Assembly: GCA_051652765.1 (NCBI GenBank)
Contig: JBOFUV010000102.1
Span: 14,959-78,958 of the forward strand
Origin: Microcoleaceae cyanobacterium
Lineage (GTDB): Bacteria; Cyanobacteriota; Cyanobacteriia; Cyanobacteriales; Microcoleaceae
DNA length: 64,000 bases
Direction: 5' to 3'
The notes under the pieces were generated by a model, which ran no database searches, was not told where the DNA came from, and saw only the letters and a list, made by a program, of their open reading frames with translations. The position numbers and the translations under genes are program-made. How positions within the stretch are numbered: the first letter of the stretch is position 1; each line of letters starts with the position of its first letter. Positions 19,983 to 31,560 of this stretch are shown piece after piece.

Positions 19983-21170
19983 CTAAAGTATCTTTAAAAA
20001 GTCTGCCATCCGCTCGACGGCTTGACACAACCGTTCGGGGGGATGAACCAGAGCAAATCGCACATATCCTTCCCCTGACTTACCGAAACCGATGCCGGGG
20101 GACGCGGCTACCCCGGTTTGTTTCACCAGTTTAGTGCAGAACTGTACCGAGTTCTCAGTCCAGGGTTCAGGGAGCTTGGCCCAAATGTACAGGGTGGCCT
20201 CAGGCAAAGCAACATCCCAGCCCATAGCGCTTAACTGCCTCACGAACACATCCCGTCGTTCCTGAAACGTTTTCACGGTTTGCCTAACGTGATCTTGCGA
20301 CCCTTCTAAAGCGGCGATCGCCCCATTCAAAATCCCGCGATATTGATTAAAATCAACGACCGCTTTGACCTGTTTTAAGCCCTGAATTAACCGTCGATTG
20401 CCAATGGCAAAACCAATCCGAAACCCCCCCATGTTGTAGGACTTAGAAAAGGTAAAGAATTCAATCGAAACGGTTTTTTCTGGGTCAGCTTGCAGGATCG
20501 AAGGGGCAAGCACTGTCACAGGCTGATCCTGGGTGAACACGAAATCTCCGTAGGGAAAATCATGCACTAAAACCAGATCATGGGCCTGACAAAAGGCAAC
20601 AGCAGTTTGAAAAAAACTGAGGGGCGCGATCGCTGTGGTGGGATTGTGGGGATAGCTCAAGATCATCATTCGGGACTGAGCCAAAACCGCCTCTGGAATA
20701 TCAGCAAATATAGGTAAGAACTGGTTTTCAAGCCGCAAGGGCATCGAGTAAACTTGACCCCCAGCCAAATAAACACCGCCGCTATGGGAGGGATAACAGG
20801 GATCTTGCAACAGGGCAAAGTCCCCCGGATTTAAAATTGCCAGGGGCAAATGGGCTGTGCCCTCTTGGGAGCCAATTAGTTGCAATACCTCCGTTTCAGA
20901 GTCTACGGGAACCCTGTACTTCTGGGCATACCATCTGGCGGCGGCTTGTCGAAACTCCCGAGTACTATGAAATAAAGCATAACCGTGGGTGGCGGGCTCA
21001 AATATTGAGGCTTGAATCCGTTCCAAGATCTCGGGAGCAACCGACAAGTCGGACGACCCTAAAGACAAGTCAATTAAGTCTTGGCCCAAGGCAACTGCCT
21101 CAGCCTTAGCTCGATCCATATCGGCAAAAACATTCGACTTGAAATCAGCTAACCGTTCAGCAAATTGCAT
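19983..21170 (-). CDS. Class I/II PLP aminotransferase (LL-DAP aminotransferase-like)
   Basis: YPHNPT and FSKSYNMGGFRIG motifs. Confidence 0.9.
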   Translation of the reverse strand: MQFAERLADFKSNVFADMDRAKAEAVALGQDLIDLSLGSSDLSVAPEILERIQASIFEPATHGYALFHSTREFRQAAARWYAQKYRVPVDSETEVLQLIGSQEGTAHLPLAILNPGDFALLQDPCYPSHSGGVYLAGGQVYSMPLRLENQFLPIFADIPEAVLAQSRMMILSYPHNPTTAIAPLSFFQTAVAFCQAHDLVLVHDFPYGDFVFTQDQPVTVLAPSILQADPEKTVSIEFFTFSKSYNMGGFRIGFAIGNRRLIQGLKQVKAVVDFNQYRGILNGAIAALEGSQDHVRQTVKTFQERRDVFVRQLSAMGWDVALPEATLYIWAKLPEPWTENSVQFCTKLVKQTGVAASPGIGFGKSGEGYVRFALVHPPERLCQAVERMADFLKIL

Positions 21171-21193
21171 GATAGAAAGGTTGAAATGCTGGA

Positions 21194-21535
21194 CTATAAG
21201 TTTGCCTCAACCCAATCGATGAGCTTTTGCTTCGTAATGGCTCCTTCATGGGATTGCACAACTTGTTTGTCTCGAAATAATCTCAGCGCAGGCACACCCT
21301 CAACGCCACACATTCCTACCGCTGTAGGATTCGCATCAACTTCGAGTTTCACAATTTTGAGGCGATCACGATAGGCCCCTGCAATTGCTTCAATCGAAGG
21401 GGAAACCAGCTTACAGGGGCCACACCACGTTGCCCAAAAATACGCTAGAACAGGGACTTCAGCATTTAAAACTTCAGATTCAAAGTCAGAATCTTGAATC
21501 ACAACGACAGATTGACTCATGGGTTCCTTCGACAC
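21194..21535 (-). CDS. Thioredoxin (x-type/TrxB-like)
   Basis: YFWATWCGPC and VEGVPALRLF motifs; alternative ATG at 21520. Confidence 0.92.
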   Translation of the reverse strand: MSKEPMSQSVVVIQDSDFESEVLNAEVPVLAYFWATWCGPCKLVSPSIEAIAGAYRDRLKIVKLEVDANPTAVGMCGVEGVPALRLFRDKQVVQSHEGAITKQKLIDWVEANL

Positions 21536-21943
21536 TCACTTCCGTCACAAAAATACACAAAACACTCTGTTGCTAAACCAAACTGTGCTGGCAAAACTTA
21601 CATTGAAACTTTACATTGAAACAAAGAGCAACCTTGCTAGTAAAGCACCATTAGCTCCTTGTGCTTGTAACTTGCACTTGTAAATAAATAAGTAAACGAA
21701 GTAATGCAAGATATCTGATAATACCTGGATTGTTACTCTCTAAGATAAACCAAAACAAGACGTTACATTCGTGCCGAACGCCTGAATTCCTTTGTTCAGC
21801 TTGGGGAAACCGACCAAAGACGTAAAATTTAACAAAACCCAGGGCTTGCATAACACCATGACGATCCCCCCTGCTGATAGACTTTAACACTGGGAGTGCC
21901 TGAATTAAACCTGGCAAACTCAGACACTGGGAGGATCAATCTT

Positions 21944-22981
21944 GTGGATAATGTCATTGGTTTAGAGATTATTGAAGTTGTTGAGCAAGCGGCGATCGCC
22001 TCTTCCCGCCTTATGGGCAAAGGGGATAAGAATATGGCGGATCAGGTTGCTGTAGAGGCAATGCGTAAACGCATGAATGAAATTCATATGCGAGGTCGCA
22101 TCGTGATTGGGGAAGGAGAACGGGACGAAGCCCCCATGCTTTACATCGGCGAGGAAGTTGGGATCTGTACCCGCGAAGATGCCGCCAAATTCTGTGACGT
22201 GAAGCAGTTGATGGAAGTTGATATTGCGGTTGACCCCTGCGAAGGAACCAACCTTGTGGCCTACGGTCAGAACGGTTCTATGGCCGTTCTAGCCATCTCC
22301 GAGAAAGGAGGTCTATTTGCGGCTCCTGACTTCTACATGAGAAAGCTAGCTGCTCCGGCGGTGGCCAGAAACCATGTTGACCTGCGAAAAACCCCTACTC
22401 AAAACCTGCAAATTATTGCAGATTGCCTGGATCGTACCGTTGAAGAATTAGTCGTTGTGGTGATGGATCGTCCTCGCCACAAAGAGCTAATTGCTGAAAT
22501 CCGTCAGGCGGGGGCACGGGTTCGTCTGATTAGTGATGGGGATGTTTCTGCGGCCATTTCTTGTGCCTTTGCTGGAACTAACATCCATGCCCTGATGGGA
22601 ATTGGTGCTGCTCCTGAAGGGGTGATTTCTGCAGCCGCAATGCGTTGTCTGGGGGGCCACTTCCAGGGACAGTTAGTCTATGATCCCGAAGTGGTGAAAA
22701 CAGGGTTGATTGGGGAGAGCAAGGAAGGAAATCTGGCTCGGCTCATGGAAATGGGCATCGAAGAGCCTGACCGCATCTACAACGCAGAAGAGCTGGCTTC
22801 GGGACAGACAGTCCTGTTTGCGGCCTGTGGGATTACACCGGGAACCCTGATGGAAGGGGTGCGTTTCTTCCAGAATGGGGCTCGGACTCAAAGCTTGGTG
22901 ATTTCTTCCCAGTCCAAGACCGCTCGCTTTGTTGACACCATCCATATGTTTGATACACCCAAGTCTTTACAACTACACTAG
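21944..22981 (+). CDS. glpX: Class II fructose-1,6-/sedoheptulose-1,7-bisphosphatase
   Basis: [17 protein letters not shown] and AVDPCEGTN motifs; GTG at 21944 after GGAGG. Confidence 0.96.
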   Translation: MDNVIGLEIIEVVEQAAIASSRLMGKGDKNMADQVAVEAMRKRMNEIHMRGRIVIGEGERDEAPMLYIGEEVGICTREDAAKFCDVKQLMEVDIAVDPCEGTNLVAYGQNGSMAVLAISEKGGLFAAPDFYMRKLAAPAVARNHVDLRKTPTQNLQIIADCLDRTVEELVVVVMDRPRHKELIAEIRQAGARVRLISDGDVSAAISCAFAGTNIHALMGIGAAPEGVISAAAMRCLGGHFQGQLVYDPEVVKTGLIGESKEGNLARLMEMGIEEPDRIYNAEELASGQTVLFAACGITPGTLMEGVRFFQNGARTQSLVISSQSKTARFVDTIHMFDTPKSLQLH

Positions 22982-23299
22982 AAATACGGAGTGAGGCATA
23001 GAGAACCAGGGACAGGTAATTGGACTTCAGCCATTGGCCTTCAACCATTGGACTTCAGGAAATTGAATATCCAGATCGGTTTAAGCGGGTGAATTTAGAA
23101 CGATAATCATCCGGCTTGTGGTGCAGGCATCTTTCCTGCAAGTTAGGAACTTGCACCACACTTGCTCCCGTTGCCTAGTTTTATTAGCCTTAATTGGTAC
23201 AACAAACTGTGTAAAATAAGTTTCAAAACTTTTTGATCGCTGATTTTGATCGCTGATTTTTAAGTTACTGAATTCATTACTAAACCGATAAATAGCTTT

Positions 23300-24598
23300 A
23301 TGAATATCGCAGTCATTGGTCTGAGCCATAAGACAGCGCCTGTTGAAGTTCGTGAGAAACTGAGTATTCCAGAACCTCAGATTGAAGGGGCGATCGCCCA
23401 TCTCCTGGGATATCCCCACATTGAAGAAGTTGGAATTCTGAGCACTTGTAATCGTTTAGAAATTTACATTGTTGCGACAGAAACTCAACCCGGTGTGCGG
23501 GAAGTCGTGCAATTTTTGTCGGAATCTAGTAAGCTGCCGCTGCATCAGTTGCGTCCCCATTTGTTTACGCTGCTGCATGAAGATGCCATCATGCATTTGA
23601 TGCGGGTTTCCGCCGGACTGGACAGTTTGGTCTTGGGAGAGGGGCAGATTTTAGCCCAGGTTAAACAGGCTCACAAGTTGGGCCAGCAATTCAAAGGCAT
23701 TGGCCAAATTTTGAATCGGTTATTTAAACAAGCCCTGACTGCAGGAAAACGGGTTCGGACGGAAACCAGTATTGGCACAGGGGCCGTCTCTATCAGTTCA
23801 GCCGCTGTGGAACTAGTGCAGTTAAAGGTGAAGGATTTAAGTTCCTACCGGGTCACAATTATTGGGGCAGGGAAAATGTCCCGCCTGTTAGTCCAGCATC
23901 TGATCTCAAAAGGAGCTACACAGATTGCCGTGGTGAACCGCTCTCTGAAGCGAGCGGAGGAATTGGCCAATCAATTCCGGGAGGCAGAATTAAAGCTTCA
24001 TTCCTTGGAGGAGATGATGGCCGTCATTGGTCAGTCTGATATTGTCTTTACCAGTACTGGAGCAACGGAACCTATTCTAGATCGAGCCAAGCTCCAGAGC
24101 TGTCTTGACCTCAGTGGTTCTCTGATGATGGTTGATATCTCTGTTCCTCGGAATGTGGCCGCCGATGTGAACGAACTCGCCAATGTTCAATGTTTTAATG
24201 TGGACGATCTGAAGGCTGTGGTTGCTCAGAATCACGAGAGTCGCCGCCAGATGGCCCAAGAAGCAGAAGTGCTTCTAGAAGAAGAAGTTGAAGCCTTTGA
24301 AGTCTGGTGGCGCAGCTTGGAAACAGTGCCCATCATTAGTTGTCTCCGAGACAAAATTGAAGGTATCCGAGAGCAGGAGTTAGAAAAAGCGTTGTCTCGT
24401 CTCGGATCTGAGTTTGCTGAAAAGCATCAAGAGGTGATTGAGGCCCTCACTCGCGGAATTGTCAATAAAATTCTCCATGATCCTATGGTGCAACTGCGGG
24501 CACAGCAAGATATTGAAGCGCGTCGTCGAGCCATGGGAACGTTGCAATTGCTGTTCAATCTTGACCCAGAGCAATCATCAACTCAACAGTACAGTTGA
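23300..24598 (+). CDS. hemA: Glutamyl-tRNA reductase
   Basis: [24 protein letters not shown] and DISVPRNV motifs. Confidence 0.97.
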   Translation: MNIAVIGLSHKTAPVEVREKLSIPEPQIEGAIAHLLGYPHIEEVGILSTCNRLEIYIVATETQPGVREVVQFLSESSKLPLHQLRPHLFTLLHEDAIMHLMRVSAGLDSLVLGEGQILAQVKQAHKLGQQFKGIGQILNRLFKQALTAGKRVRTETSIGTGAVSISSAAVELVQLKVKDLSSYRVTIIGAGKMSRLLVQHLISKGATQIAVVNRSLKRAEELANQFREAELKLHSLEEMMAVIGQSDIVFTSTGATEPILDRAKLQSCLDLSGSLMMVDISVPRNVAADVNELANVQCFNVDDLKAVVAQNHESRRQMAQEAEVLLEEEVEAFEVWWRSLETVPIISCLRDKIEGIREQELEKALSRLGSEFAEKHQEVIEALTRGIVNKILHDPMVQLRAQQDIEARRRAMGTLQLLFNLDPEQSSTQQYS

Positions 24599-24787
24599 TG
24601 GGATCATGAATCTAGGACTTAATAGATGCTTTAAACTGCTGCCCTCACCAACAGCTTGAGCAATACACTGTTCCCAATCACCCGCCGCTTTATTCCGGCT
24701 GTGCCTAAGGATGTATGTTCCATCATCTGTCACTAATACCCAACCATACTTTGATGCACGACCAAAAGCTCTAAGGGTCATGGGATT

Positions 24788-25468
24788 TTAAAGGGTGTCT
24801 GGATCAATATTCAGCTCTTTTAACTTTGCAGCTAATCTTTCATTTTTCGCTTGAGTTTCTGTTGCAAATTCTTCTGGAGTTGGAGCCAGTTTCTGATCAG
24901 AAGTAAAAAATCTTAACTGCTTTTCATACACACCCAAAAATAAGTGTAACTGTTCACTCCAGATCAACCCGGACTCATTAGTTGGCATTGATTGATACTT
25001 ACCATGAACCAATTCAAACCCTTGAAATTCTAGGGTTTCTGGATGGAACCAAAAGTATTCCAGGGTGCGAAAAATATCTTGATAAACTTGTTTTTTTTCG
25101 GTGCGATCAATGGTTTCAGTCGAGTTCGATAAAAGCTCAATAATTAAGTTTGGATACTTGCCACCTTCTTCCCAAACTACCCAACTCTTGCGAGGCTTCC
25201 GTTCTGTGTCTAACACTACAAAAAAATCTGGCCCTCGGAAATCTCTAGATTTTTTTTGTTCTGGGCTAAAATAAATCGTTAAGTTTCCAGCAGCAAAATA
25301 ATCCGTGCGATCGCGCCATAACCAATCTAAACATTTAATCAAGAGTAAAAGTTGCTGAAGATGTAAGTAAGTTTCCAAGGGCGGCTCCTGACTATCTAAA
25401 TCACCAGGCGGATATTCAATACCTTCAAACTCTGATTCTGCCTGAAGAAGTTCTAGATTTTGAGTCAT
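24788..25468 (-). CDS. Uma2 family endonuclease
   Basis: PDFFVV, SWVVWEEGGKYP.LIIELLS and EYFWF motifs. Confidence 0.92.
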   Translation of the reverse strand: MTQNLELLQAESEFEGIEYPPGDLDSQEPPLETYLHLQQLLLLIKCLDWLWRDRTDYFAAGNLTIYFSPEQKKSRDFRGPDFFVVLDTERKPRKSWVVWEEGGKYPNLIIELLSNSTETIDRTEKKQVYQDIFRTLEYFWFHPETLEFQGFELVHGKYQSMPTNESGLIWSEQLHLFLGVYEKQLRFFTSDQKLAPTPEEFATETQAKNERLAAKLKELNIDPDTL

Positions 25469-25533
25469 AGTTATGATGTCCTCCAGTATTCTAATTCTTA
25501 GTATAATTCATCAACATAAGATCGACGTTATCA

Positions 25534-25817
25534 TTACAAACGTGAACGAGTAATCAATTCCCATTTCTCAAACCATTTTCCCTGAGTTTTATCCCGCATT
25601 AAAATAATTTTTGCCTGCTCTAAATTGGGTGGCATCAACCAATGAAGTTCTTGTCGAACCCAATCTGCAAACATTCGGCAAAATGTACTTTTTCCGCCTC
25701 CGGTGTTGGAGGAATTATCGTAACCTTTCCAAGTAAACAACCTGGGCAACCAACTGTACCGAATCTGCTAGATGTAAGAACGTGATCGCCCAAATGTTGC
25801 AGATCTTCCCAATACAT
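25534..25817 (-). pseudogene. Gene fragments including a P-loop (NACHT-like) remnant
   Basis: GGGKSTFCRMFADWVRQELH resembles the Walker A region of cyanobacterial NACHT proteins; frames are short and broken. Confidence 0.5.
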
Positions 25818-25902
25818 TTACAGTTACTCTTAGATTGCCCTTGCACAAGGGAAGGGAGACAACTATCATTTGTGATCAGAGTTTAGACTGTGAGAGGCAT
25901 AG

Positions 25903-26328
25903 ATGGTAGGGATCGACATTGGGCTAACTCACATAGCGCTTCCGGTTGCAGATGTTGAGCGCAGTATCAAGTTTTACTCTACTTATGCTGGAATGCAGGT
26001 CATTCATCGTCGGATTGATGCAGAAGCAGGGGTAGCCGTTGTATGGCTTTCTGATCGGACTCGTCCTTTTGTCATTGTTTTGATCCAAACCGATTCAGTG
26101 CATCCCGTTCTATCTCCCCTTGCCCATCTTGGAGTCGGTTGTCAAAGTCGTGAATCCATGGATGCTCTGTGTGAACAGGCAAAACAGGCAGGTATTCTGC
26201 TTCAAGCCCAAAAAGACTCTGGATATCCAATCGGATATTGGGCTTTCTTGCAAGATCCAGATGGTCATACCCTTGAACTGTCCTATGGACAGGAAATCGG
26301 ACTAACCGTAGAGCAAACCCTTGAGTAG
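25903..26328 (+). CDS. VOC/glyoxalase family protein
   Basis: LTHIAL.V.D..RS..FY and DPDGHTLELS motifs. Confidence 0.9.
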   Translation: MVGIDIGLTHIALPVADVERSIKFYSTYAGMQVIHRRIDAEAGVAVVWLSDRTRPFVIVLIQTDSVHPVLSPLAHLGVGCQSRESMDALCEQAKQAGILLQAQKDSGYPIGYWAFLQDPDGHTLELSYGQEIGLTVEQTLE

Positions 26329-26500
26329 TTCACTGGGACTGGATGAATGTTTACTTGGTGAATGTTTAGACTGAATGTTTGACTGAATGTTTAAACAAAT
26401 CCAATTCAGCAGGCAGACTTGCGTCAATGAGATGATCTGCGGCGGGATCTGACAACGATAAAAACCTGGTAATGTAAGAAAAACTCTGCAGCGATCGCCC

Positions 26501-28255
26501 TTGAACTCTAGTTATTGGCAACTTCTTCCCTATCTTCGACCGCAGTGGCCAACCATTACCAGAGCCCTGGCTTGTACCTTGGGATTCACCGTATTCTGGC
26601 CCTTGTTAGCCTGGTTAATGGGTCGAATGGCTGTTTATATCGGTCAGGGAGAGGTGAGGGCGATCGCCAATCTGGCTGGAGTTGCTGCCGTCATTTTCCT
26701 AGTGCGGGGAACCGTGCAATATGGCCAGGATACCTTGATCGCAAAAGCAGCCCTGTCCATTACTCTGAACCTGCGGAAGCAAACCTACGCTCATCTACAT
26801 CGGCTGGAGGTGAGCTACTTTGAAACTGCAAAAACGGGGGATTTGACCTATCGCCTGACGGAAGATATTGATCGAGTGGGGGAGGTGATTAATAAGTTTT
26901 TCCATCAGTTTGTGCCTTGTATTCTGCAACTGATTGTGGTGCTGGGCTACATGATCTATCTCAATTGGCAGCTCACCTCGGCAGCCTTGGTGATTGCCCC
27001 CTTGATGGCGGTATTAATTGGTTGGTTTGGGGAAAAGCTGCTTAAGTTTAGTCGGTATAGTCAGAATCGTTCCTCTAACTTGGCCTCTCTATTGACCGAA
27101 GTCTTTAGCGGGATTCGCTTGGTACAGGCATTTGCCGCCCAGGACTACGAAGTGACTCGGTTTACCGTCGAAGCTGAACAGAACCGTCGGGCCAAATTCC
27201 GCACCGAACAACTGAAAGCGCTGCAGTTTGTAGTAGTCGGTTTTTTAGAAGCGATGAGCGTGGTGGTGTTATTTTTGCTGGGAGGCTGGCAAATTTCCCA
27301 GGGAAATCTCACGGGGAGTGGGTTTATTAGTTACGTCACCGCAGTCGCATTGCTGATTGATCCGATTTCCCTAACCACAAGCAACTACAGTGAATTTAAA
27401 GAGGGAGAAGCCTCCTGGGATCGAATTGTAGAACTCTTGGCGATTCAGCCTCAAATTATCGAGAAACCTGGAGCCACTGTCCTGCCCTCGGTTAGAGGCC
27501 GAGTTGAATATGATCAGGTTTCCTTTGCCTATGTTCCGAACCAACCGGTTTTAACGGCTGTGAGTTTGCGGGTAGAACCGGGGGAAGTAATTGCCTTGGT
27601 GGGGACTTCTGGAGCGGGAAAAACCACTCTGGTCAGTTTGTTGCCTCGATTTTATGATTGTCAACGGGGTCAAATTCTGATTGATGGAGTAGATATTCAA
27701 ACGGTGACCCTAAATAGCTTGCGTCAACAGATTGGGATTGTTCCCCAAGAGGTTACTCTATTCTCTGGAACCATTGCTCAGAATATTGCCTTTGGTCAGG
27801 TCTATTATGACCTTGAGGAGGTTCAGACTGCTGCCGAAATTGCCAATGCCCACGGGTTTATTTCCCAGTTGCCTGAGGGATATCAAACTGCCGTCGGGGA
27901 ACGGGGTGTAAACTTATCCGGGGGACAGCGCCAACGAATTTCTATTGCCCGTGCTGTGTTGCTCAATCCTAAGATTTTAATTTTAGATGAAGCAACTTCG
28001 GCCCTGGATTCCGAATCAGAAGCCTTAGTTCAAGAGGCGCTAGAACGTTTGATGCAGGGTCGAACGGTATTTATTATTGCCCATCGACTGGCCACTGTGC
28101 AGCGCTCTAACCGGATTATCGTCATGGAACGAGGCCAAATCATTGAGTCCGGAACCCATGGGGAATTGTTGCAACGGGGCGATCGCTATGCTCAATTTTA
28201 TGCTCAACAATTCAGAGGTCAGGAGAGACCCGGAATTATCGTTAAGTCAAATTAA
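26501..28255 (+). CDS. ABC exporter, fused permease/ATPase (MsbA-like)
   Basis: TM domain, GTSGAGKT, LSGGQRQR and LDEATSALD motifs. Confidence 0.93.
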   Translation: MNSSYWQLLPYLRPQWPTITRALACTLGFTVFWPLLAWLMGRMAVYIGQGEVRAIANLAGVAAVIFLVRGTVQYGQDTLIAKAALSITLNLRKQTYAHLHRLEVSYFETAKTGDLTYRLTEDIDRVGEVINKFFHQFVPCILQLIVVLGYMIYLNWQLTSAALVIAPLMAVLIGWFGEKLLKFSRYSQNRSSNLASLLTEVFSGIRLVQAFAAQDYEVTRFTVEAEQNRRAKFRTEQLKALQFVVVGFLEAMSVVVLFLLGGWQISQGNLTGSGFISYVTAVALLIDPISLTTSNYSEFKEGEASWDRIVELLAIQPQIIEKPGATVLPSVRGRVEYDQVSFAYVPNQPVLTAVSLRVEPGEVIALVGTSGAGKTTLVSLLPRFYDCQRGQILIDGVDIQTVTLNSLRQQIGIVPQEVTLFSGTIAQNIAFGQVYYDLEEVQTAAEIANAHGFISQLPEGYQTAVGERGVNLSGGQRQRISIARAVLLNPKILILDEATSALDSESEALVQEALERLMQGRTVFIIAHRLATVQRSNRIIVMERGQIIESGTHGELLQRGDRYAQFYAQQFRGQERPGIIVKSN

Positions 28256-28296
28256 ATCAAGTTAAGTTAACTTAAATTCAGTAAGGTGAATCCGAT

Positions 28297-29460
28297 ATGA
28301 CGCAGGCACGCAGTTATCAAATGACCTCTGACCGGGTTCACTTCTTTAGTGAACATAGCGGACAGGGTACACCGAACTTTCGGACTGACACACCTTATCC
28401 TCAAATTGTCTTATTTGATTACAACAATGAAGAGTTCACCAAGCGCGAGATTGAGCAACCCATCGACTGTGTGCCCTACCTAGAGCGTGAGTCAGTCACC
28501 TGGCTAGATGTCCGAGGCTTAGGGGGTGAGGAAACCTGGAGACAACTCCAGAAGGTCTTTAATCTACATCCTTTGGCCCTGGAAGATATTATTCATGTTC
28601 CCCAACGACCTCATGTTGAAGAATATGACGACCAACTAGTGATTATCGCTCGCATGATCACTTTGAAGCACGATCGCCGAGGATTCGTCAGTGAACAAGT
28701 GAGTTTTATTCTGGGGCAGTCTTACCTGGTGACGGTGCAAGAGGAGCCAGATTATGATTGCTTAGAGTTTGTTCGATCCCGGATCAGTACTCATAAATCA
28801 AACCTGCGAAAATCAGGGGCCGACTACTTGGCCTATGTATTGCTTGATGCGATTATCGATGGGTTTTTTCCAGTTTTAGAAATGTATGGAGAACTGATTG
28901 AAGATCTAGAGGCAGAAGTGATTGCCGCCCCCACACCCAAAACCTTGGCAACGATTTATGAAATTAAGCGGGAACTGTTGATCATGCGCCGTGCGATTTG
29001 GCCCCAGCGCGATGTCCTCAATTCTCTCATTCGGGATGGTAGTGAGCTAATCAGTGACAATGTGCGGCTCTACTTGCGAGATTCCTACGACCATGCTGTT
29101 CAAGTTTTAGATGTTGTTGAAACATACCGAGAGCTTGCCTCTAGCTTGACAGACATTTATCTGTCTTCTGTCAGCAATCGCATGAATGAGGTGATGAAGA
29201 TCTTAACCATTATTTCCAGTATTTTCGTTCCCCTGACCTTTGTCGCTGGAGTTTATGGGATGAACTTCAACACCGAAACATCTCCGTTTAACATGCCCGA
29301 ACTGGACTGGTACTGGGGGTATGTTGCCAGTTTAGGGGTGATGTTGATCATCGCGATCGCCATGATAGGCTTCTTCTGGCGTAGAGGATGGTTCAAAGAC
29401 TTTACTCGAGTTAAAACTACGCGCATCAAAAAGCGATCAGACAATCCCAATGATGGGTGA
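28297..29460 (+). CDS. corA: Mg/Co transporter CorA (copy 1)
   Basis: HPLALED, QRP and YGMNF signature. Confidence 0.93.
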   Translation: MTQARSYQMTSDRVHFFSEHSGQGTPNFRTDTPYPQIVLFDYNNEEFTKREIEQPIDCVPYLERESVTWLDVRGLGGEETWRQLQKVFNLHPLALEDIIHVPQRPHVEEYDDQLVIIARMITLKHDRRGFVSEQVSFILGQSYLVTVQEEPDYDCLEFVRSRISTHKSNLRKSGADYLAYVLLDAIIDGFFPVLEMYGELIEDLEAEVIAAPTPKTLATIYEIKRELLIMRRAIWPQRDVLNSLIRDGSELISDNVRLYLRDSYDHAVQVLDVVETYRELASSLTDIYLSSVSNRMNEVMKILTIISSIFVPLTFVAGVYGMNFNTETSPFNMPELDWYWGYVASLGVMLIIAIAMIGFFWRRGWFKDFTRVKTTRIKKRSDNPNDG

Positions 29461-29584
29461 AAAGGAAATAGACGGGGAATAGATAACTGCGGCAACCTTA
29501 CTCAATATGAGCCTGTCAAGCCTTAACGTTACACAGGTCTAGGGATCTACTGTCAGATGTAGAGCTGCCTCTGGGTAAACAGCG

Positions 29585-30493
29585 TCAAGGAATAGAAACA
29601 GTCTGCAAAAGTTGCTCAACGATTGTTCTGGCTCGTCTTCCGCCTGCCGGGATCAGACGATGAGATAGGACAGAGGAACTTAGGAACTTAATATCATCTG
29701 GAATCACATAATCTCGCCCATTAAGAAAGGCGAATGTTTGAGCGGCTCGATGGAGGGCGATCGCTCCCCTAGGGCTAACCCCTAGAGTGACTTCTTCATG
29801 GTCTCTCGTCTGTCTAACTAGAGCCAAAATGTATTGCTGCAAAGACGTTTCAACTTTGACTTGGGTACAGAGTTTCTGCAGATCCAGAATCTCTTGCAGA
29901 TCAAGGCAGGGTTGTAGATTGTCCGTGCTAATGCCTTGAGACAATCGCTGCAACATTTGCAACTCCTCAGATTCGGTGGGATATCCCAGGGTTAGAGACA
30001 GCAGAAACCGATCCATTTGAGCTTCTGGCAACGGAAACGTTCCCTGGTATTCAATCGGGTTCTGGGTTGCAATTACAAAGAATGGCGGAGAAACCGGGCG
30101 GGAAACCCCATCAACGGTGACTTGCCGCTCTTCCATCACCTCCAAGAGTGCAGATTGAGTTCGAGGGGTCGCTCGGTTGATTTCATCGGTCAGGAGAACA
30201 TTGGCAAATACCGGCCCTGGAATAAATTCAAACTCTCCGGTTCGAGGATTCCAGATGTTTGTACCCGTGATGTCTGTTGGTAGTAAATCGGGAGTGCATT
30301 GAATCCGATGAAATTGTCCGGCAATGGAGCGAGCCAGAGACTTTGCCAGTAGGGTTTTGCCGACCCCCGGTACATCTTCAAGGAGAGCGTGGCCACCTGA
30401 TAATAGGGCTACCAAGGTTAACTGAATTGCCTCAGCTTTGCCAACAATCGTTTGACTCAAATTTTGCTTCAGGCGCTCAATTCGATCTCTCAT
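29585..30493 (-). CDS. MoxR family AAA ATPase
   Basis: DVPGVGKT, DEINRA, ATQNP and LPEAQMDRF motifs. Confidence 0.95.
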   Translation of the reverse strand: MRDRIERLKQNLSQTIVGKAEAIQLTLVALLSGGHALLEDVPGVGKTLLAKSLARSIAGQFHRIQCTPDLLPTDITGTNIWNPRTGEFEFIPGPVFANVLLTDEINRATPRTQSALLEVMEERQVTVDGVSRPVSPPFFVIATQNPIEYQGTFPLPEAQMDRFLLSLTLGYPTESEELQMLQRLSQGISTDNLQPCLDLQEILDLQKLCTQVKVETSLQQYILALVRQTRDHEEVTLGVSPRGAIALHRAAQTFAFLNGRDYVIPDDIKFLSSSVLSHRLIPAGGRRARTIVEQLLQTVSIP

Positions 30494-30562
30494 TCCAGTT
30501 GCTTTAAAGGTCAGTTACAGCAGTTTTGCAGTCGGTTTTGAAGTCAGTGAGAGAGATCTTAG

Positions 30563-30740
30563 CCCTAGATTCCCCTCGTCAAGGAGGATTTAGGGAATTG
30601 GTCTGTATTGTATCTGACCGAAAACCGCTATGACTCAGTTTAAGTTAAAAATCTTGGGAGTGATGCACTTGCCCCTTAAATCTCCTAATTCTGGAGACTT
30701 TGAATCCGCCTCCCCATCCTAAAATCTTGGGCAGCCAGGG
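30563..30740. repeat. Degenerate cyanobacterial short dispersed/REP-like palindromic elements
   Basis: CCCTAGATTCCCC..GGAGGATTTAGGG (30563-30595) and CCCCTTAAATCTCCTAATTCTGGAGACTTTGA..TTGGGCAGCCAGGG (30672-30740) resemble CCCCTAAATCCCCC-type repeats. Confidence 0.5.
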
Positions 30741-30886
30741 TTTTAGAAAGTTAGCAAAGTTTTGAACAAATGCTCAACCAGTCAGGGGTTAGATCGGTTG
30801 CCCATACTATTGTCTGCGCTTGAGGGCTGCTGTTGGAAAACGCTAAAGTAACGGCAGAAACAGTTAATACTTTTTGGTGCTTAACA

Positions 30887-31560
30887 ATGACTTGGAGAAC
30901 ATTGGGGTTTGGGCTGCTGTGGATTGGGCTGATAGTCTATGCCTTTGGGTTTGCCCCCCTGATCAACCCGATACCTTGACGTTGATTCAGAATCTGTCTA
31001 CCGGACAGTGGCAGGGCATTAACCCTTGGGTGATTTCACTATTCAACTTGATGGGAATTTGGCCCTTGGTTTACGGCTGTGTTTTATTTGTCGATGGTCG
31101 AGGACAAAGGATTCGGGCGTGGCCCTTTGTGATCGGGTCTTTTGGGGTAGGAGCATTTGCCATATTGCCTTACCTAGCGCTGCGTCACCCCAACCCCAGG
31201 TTTAGTGGGCCGAAGAATACCTTTTTGCAATTGTGGGATAGCCAATTGACGGCGATTCTGTTGATGTTGGGGGCGATCGCCTTACTGGTTTATGGTTTGA
31301 CTCAGGGAAACTGGCCTGACTTTGTCCAACAATGGCAAACCAGTCGCTTCATTCATGTCATGAGTCTTGACTTTTGTCTTCTGAGCATTTTATTTTCGAC
31401 TTTGCTCGGGGATGACATGGCTCGACGGGGCATGGATCGTCCAACGCTGTTTTGGATTGTCGCATTCCTGCCGTTGATTGGGCCATTGGTTTATCTATTG
31501 GTCAGGTCTCCCTTAGTTGCAGTTGAAGTTGAACACTTGACTTCACAGTCATCCGCCTAA
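30887..31560 (+). pseudogene. DUF2834-like membrane protein with -1 frameshift at C6 tract (30954-30959)
   Basis: ATG 30887 reads MTWRTLGFGLLWIGLIVYAFGFAP; the continuation PDQPDTL...FIHVMSLDF is in another frame, and one extra C would restore it. Confidence 0.75.

Noticed and set aside
30874..30953. ORF-track N-terminus MVLNNDLENIG...
   Set aside because: The alternative frame from ATG 30887 gives a proper TM helix; better explained by a frameshift
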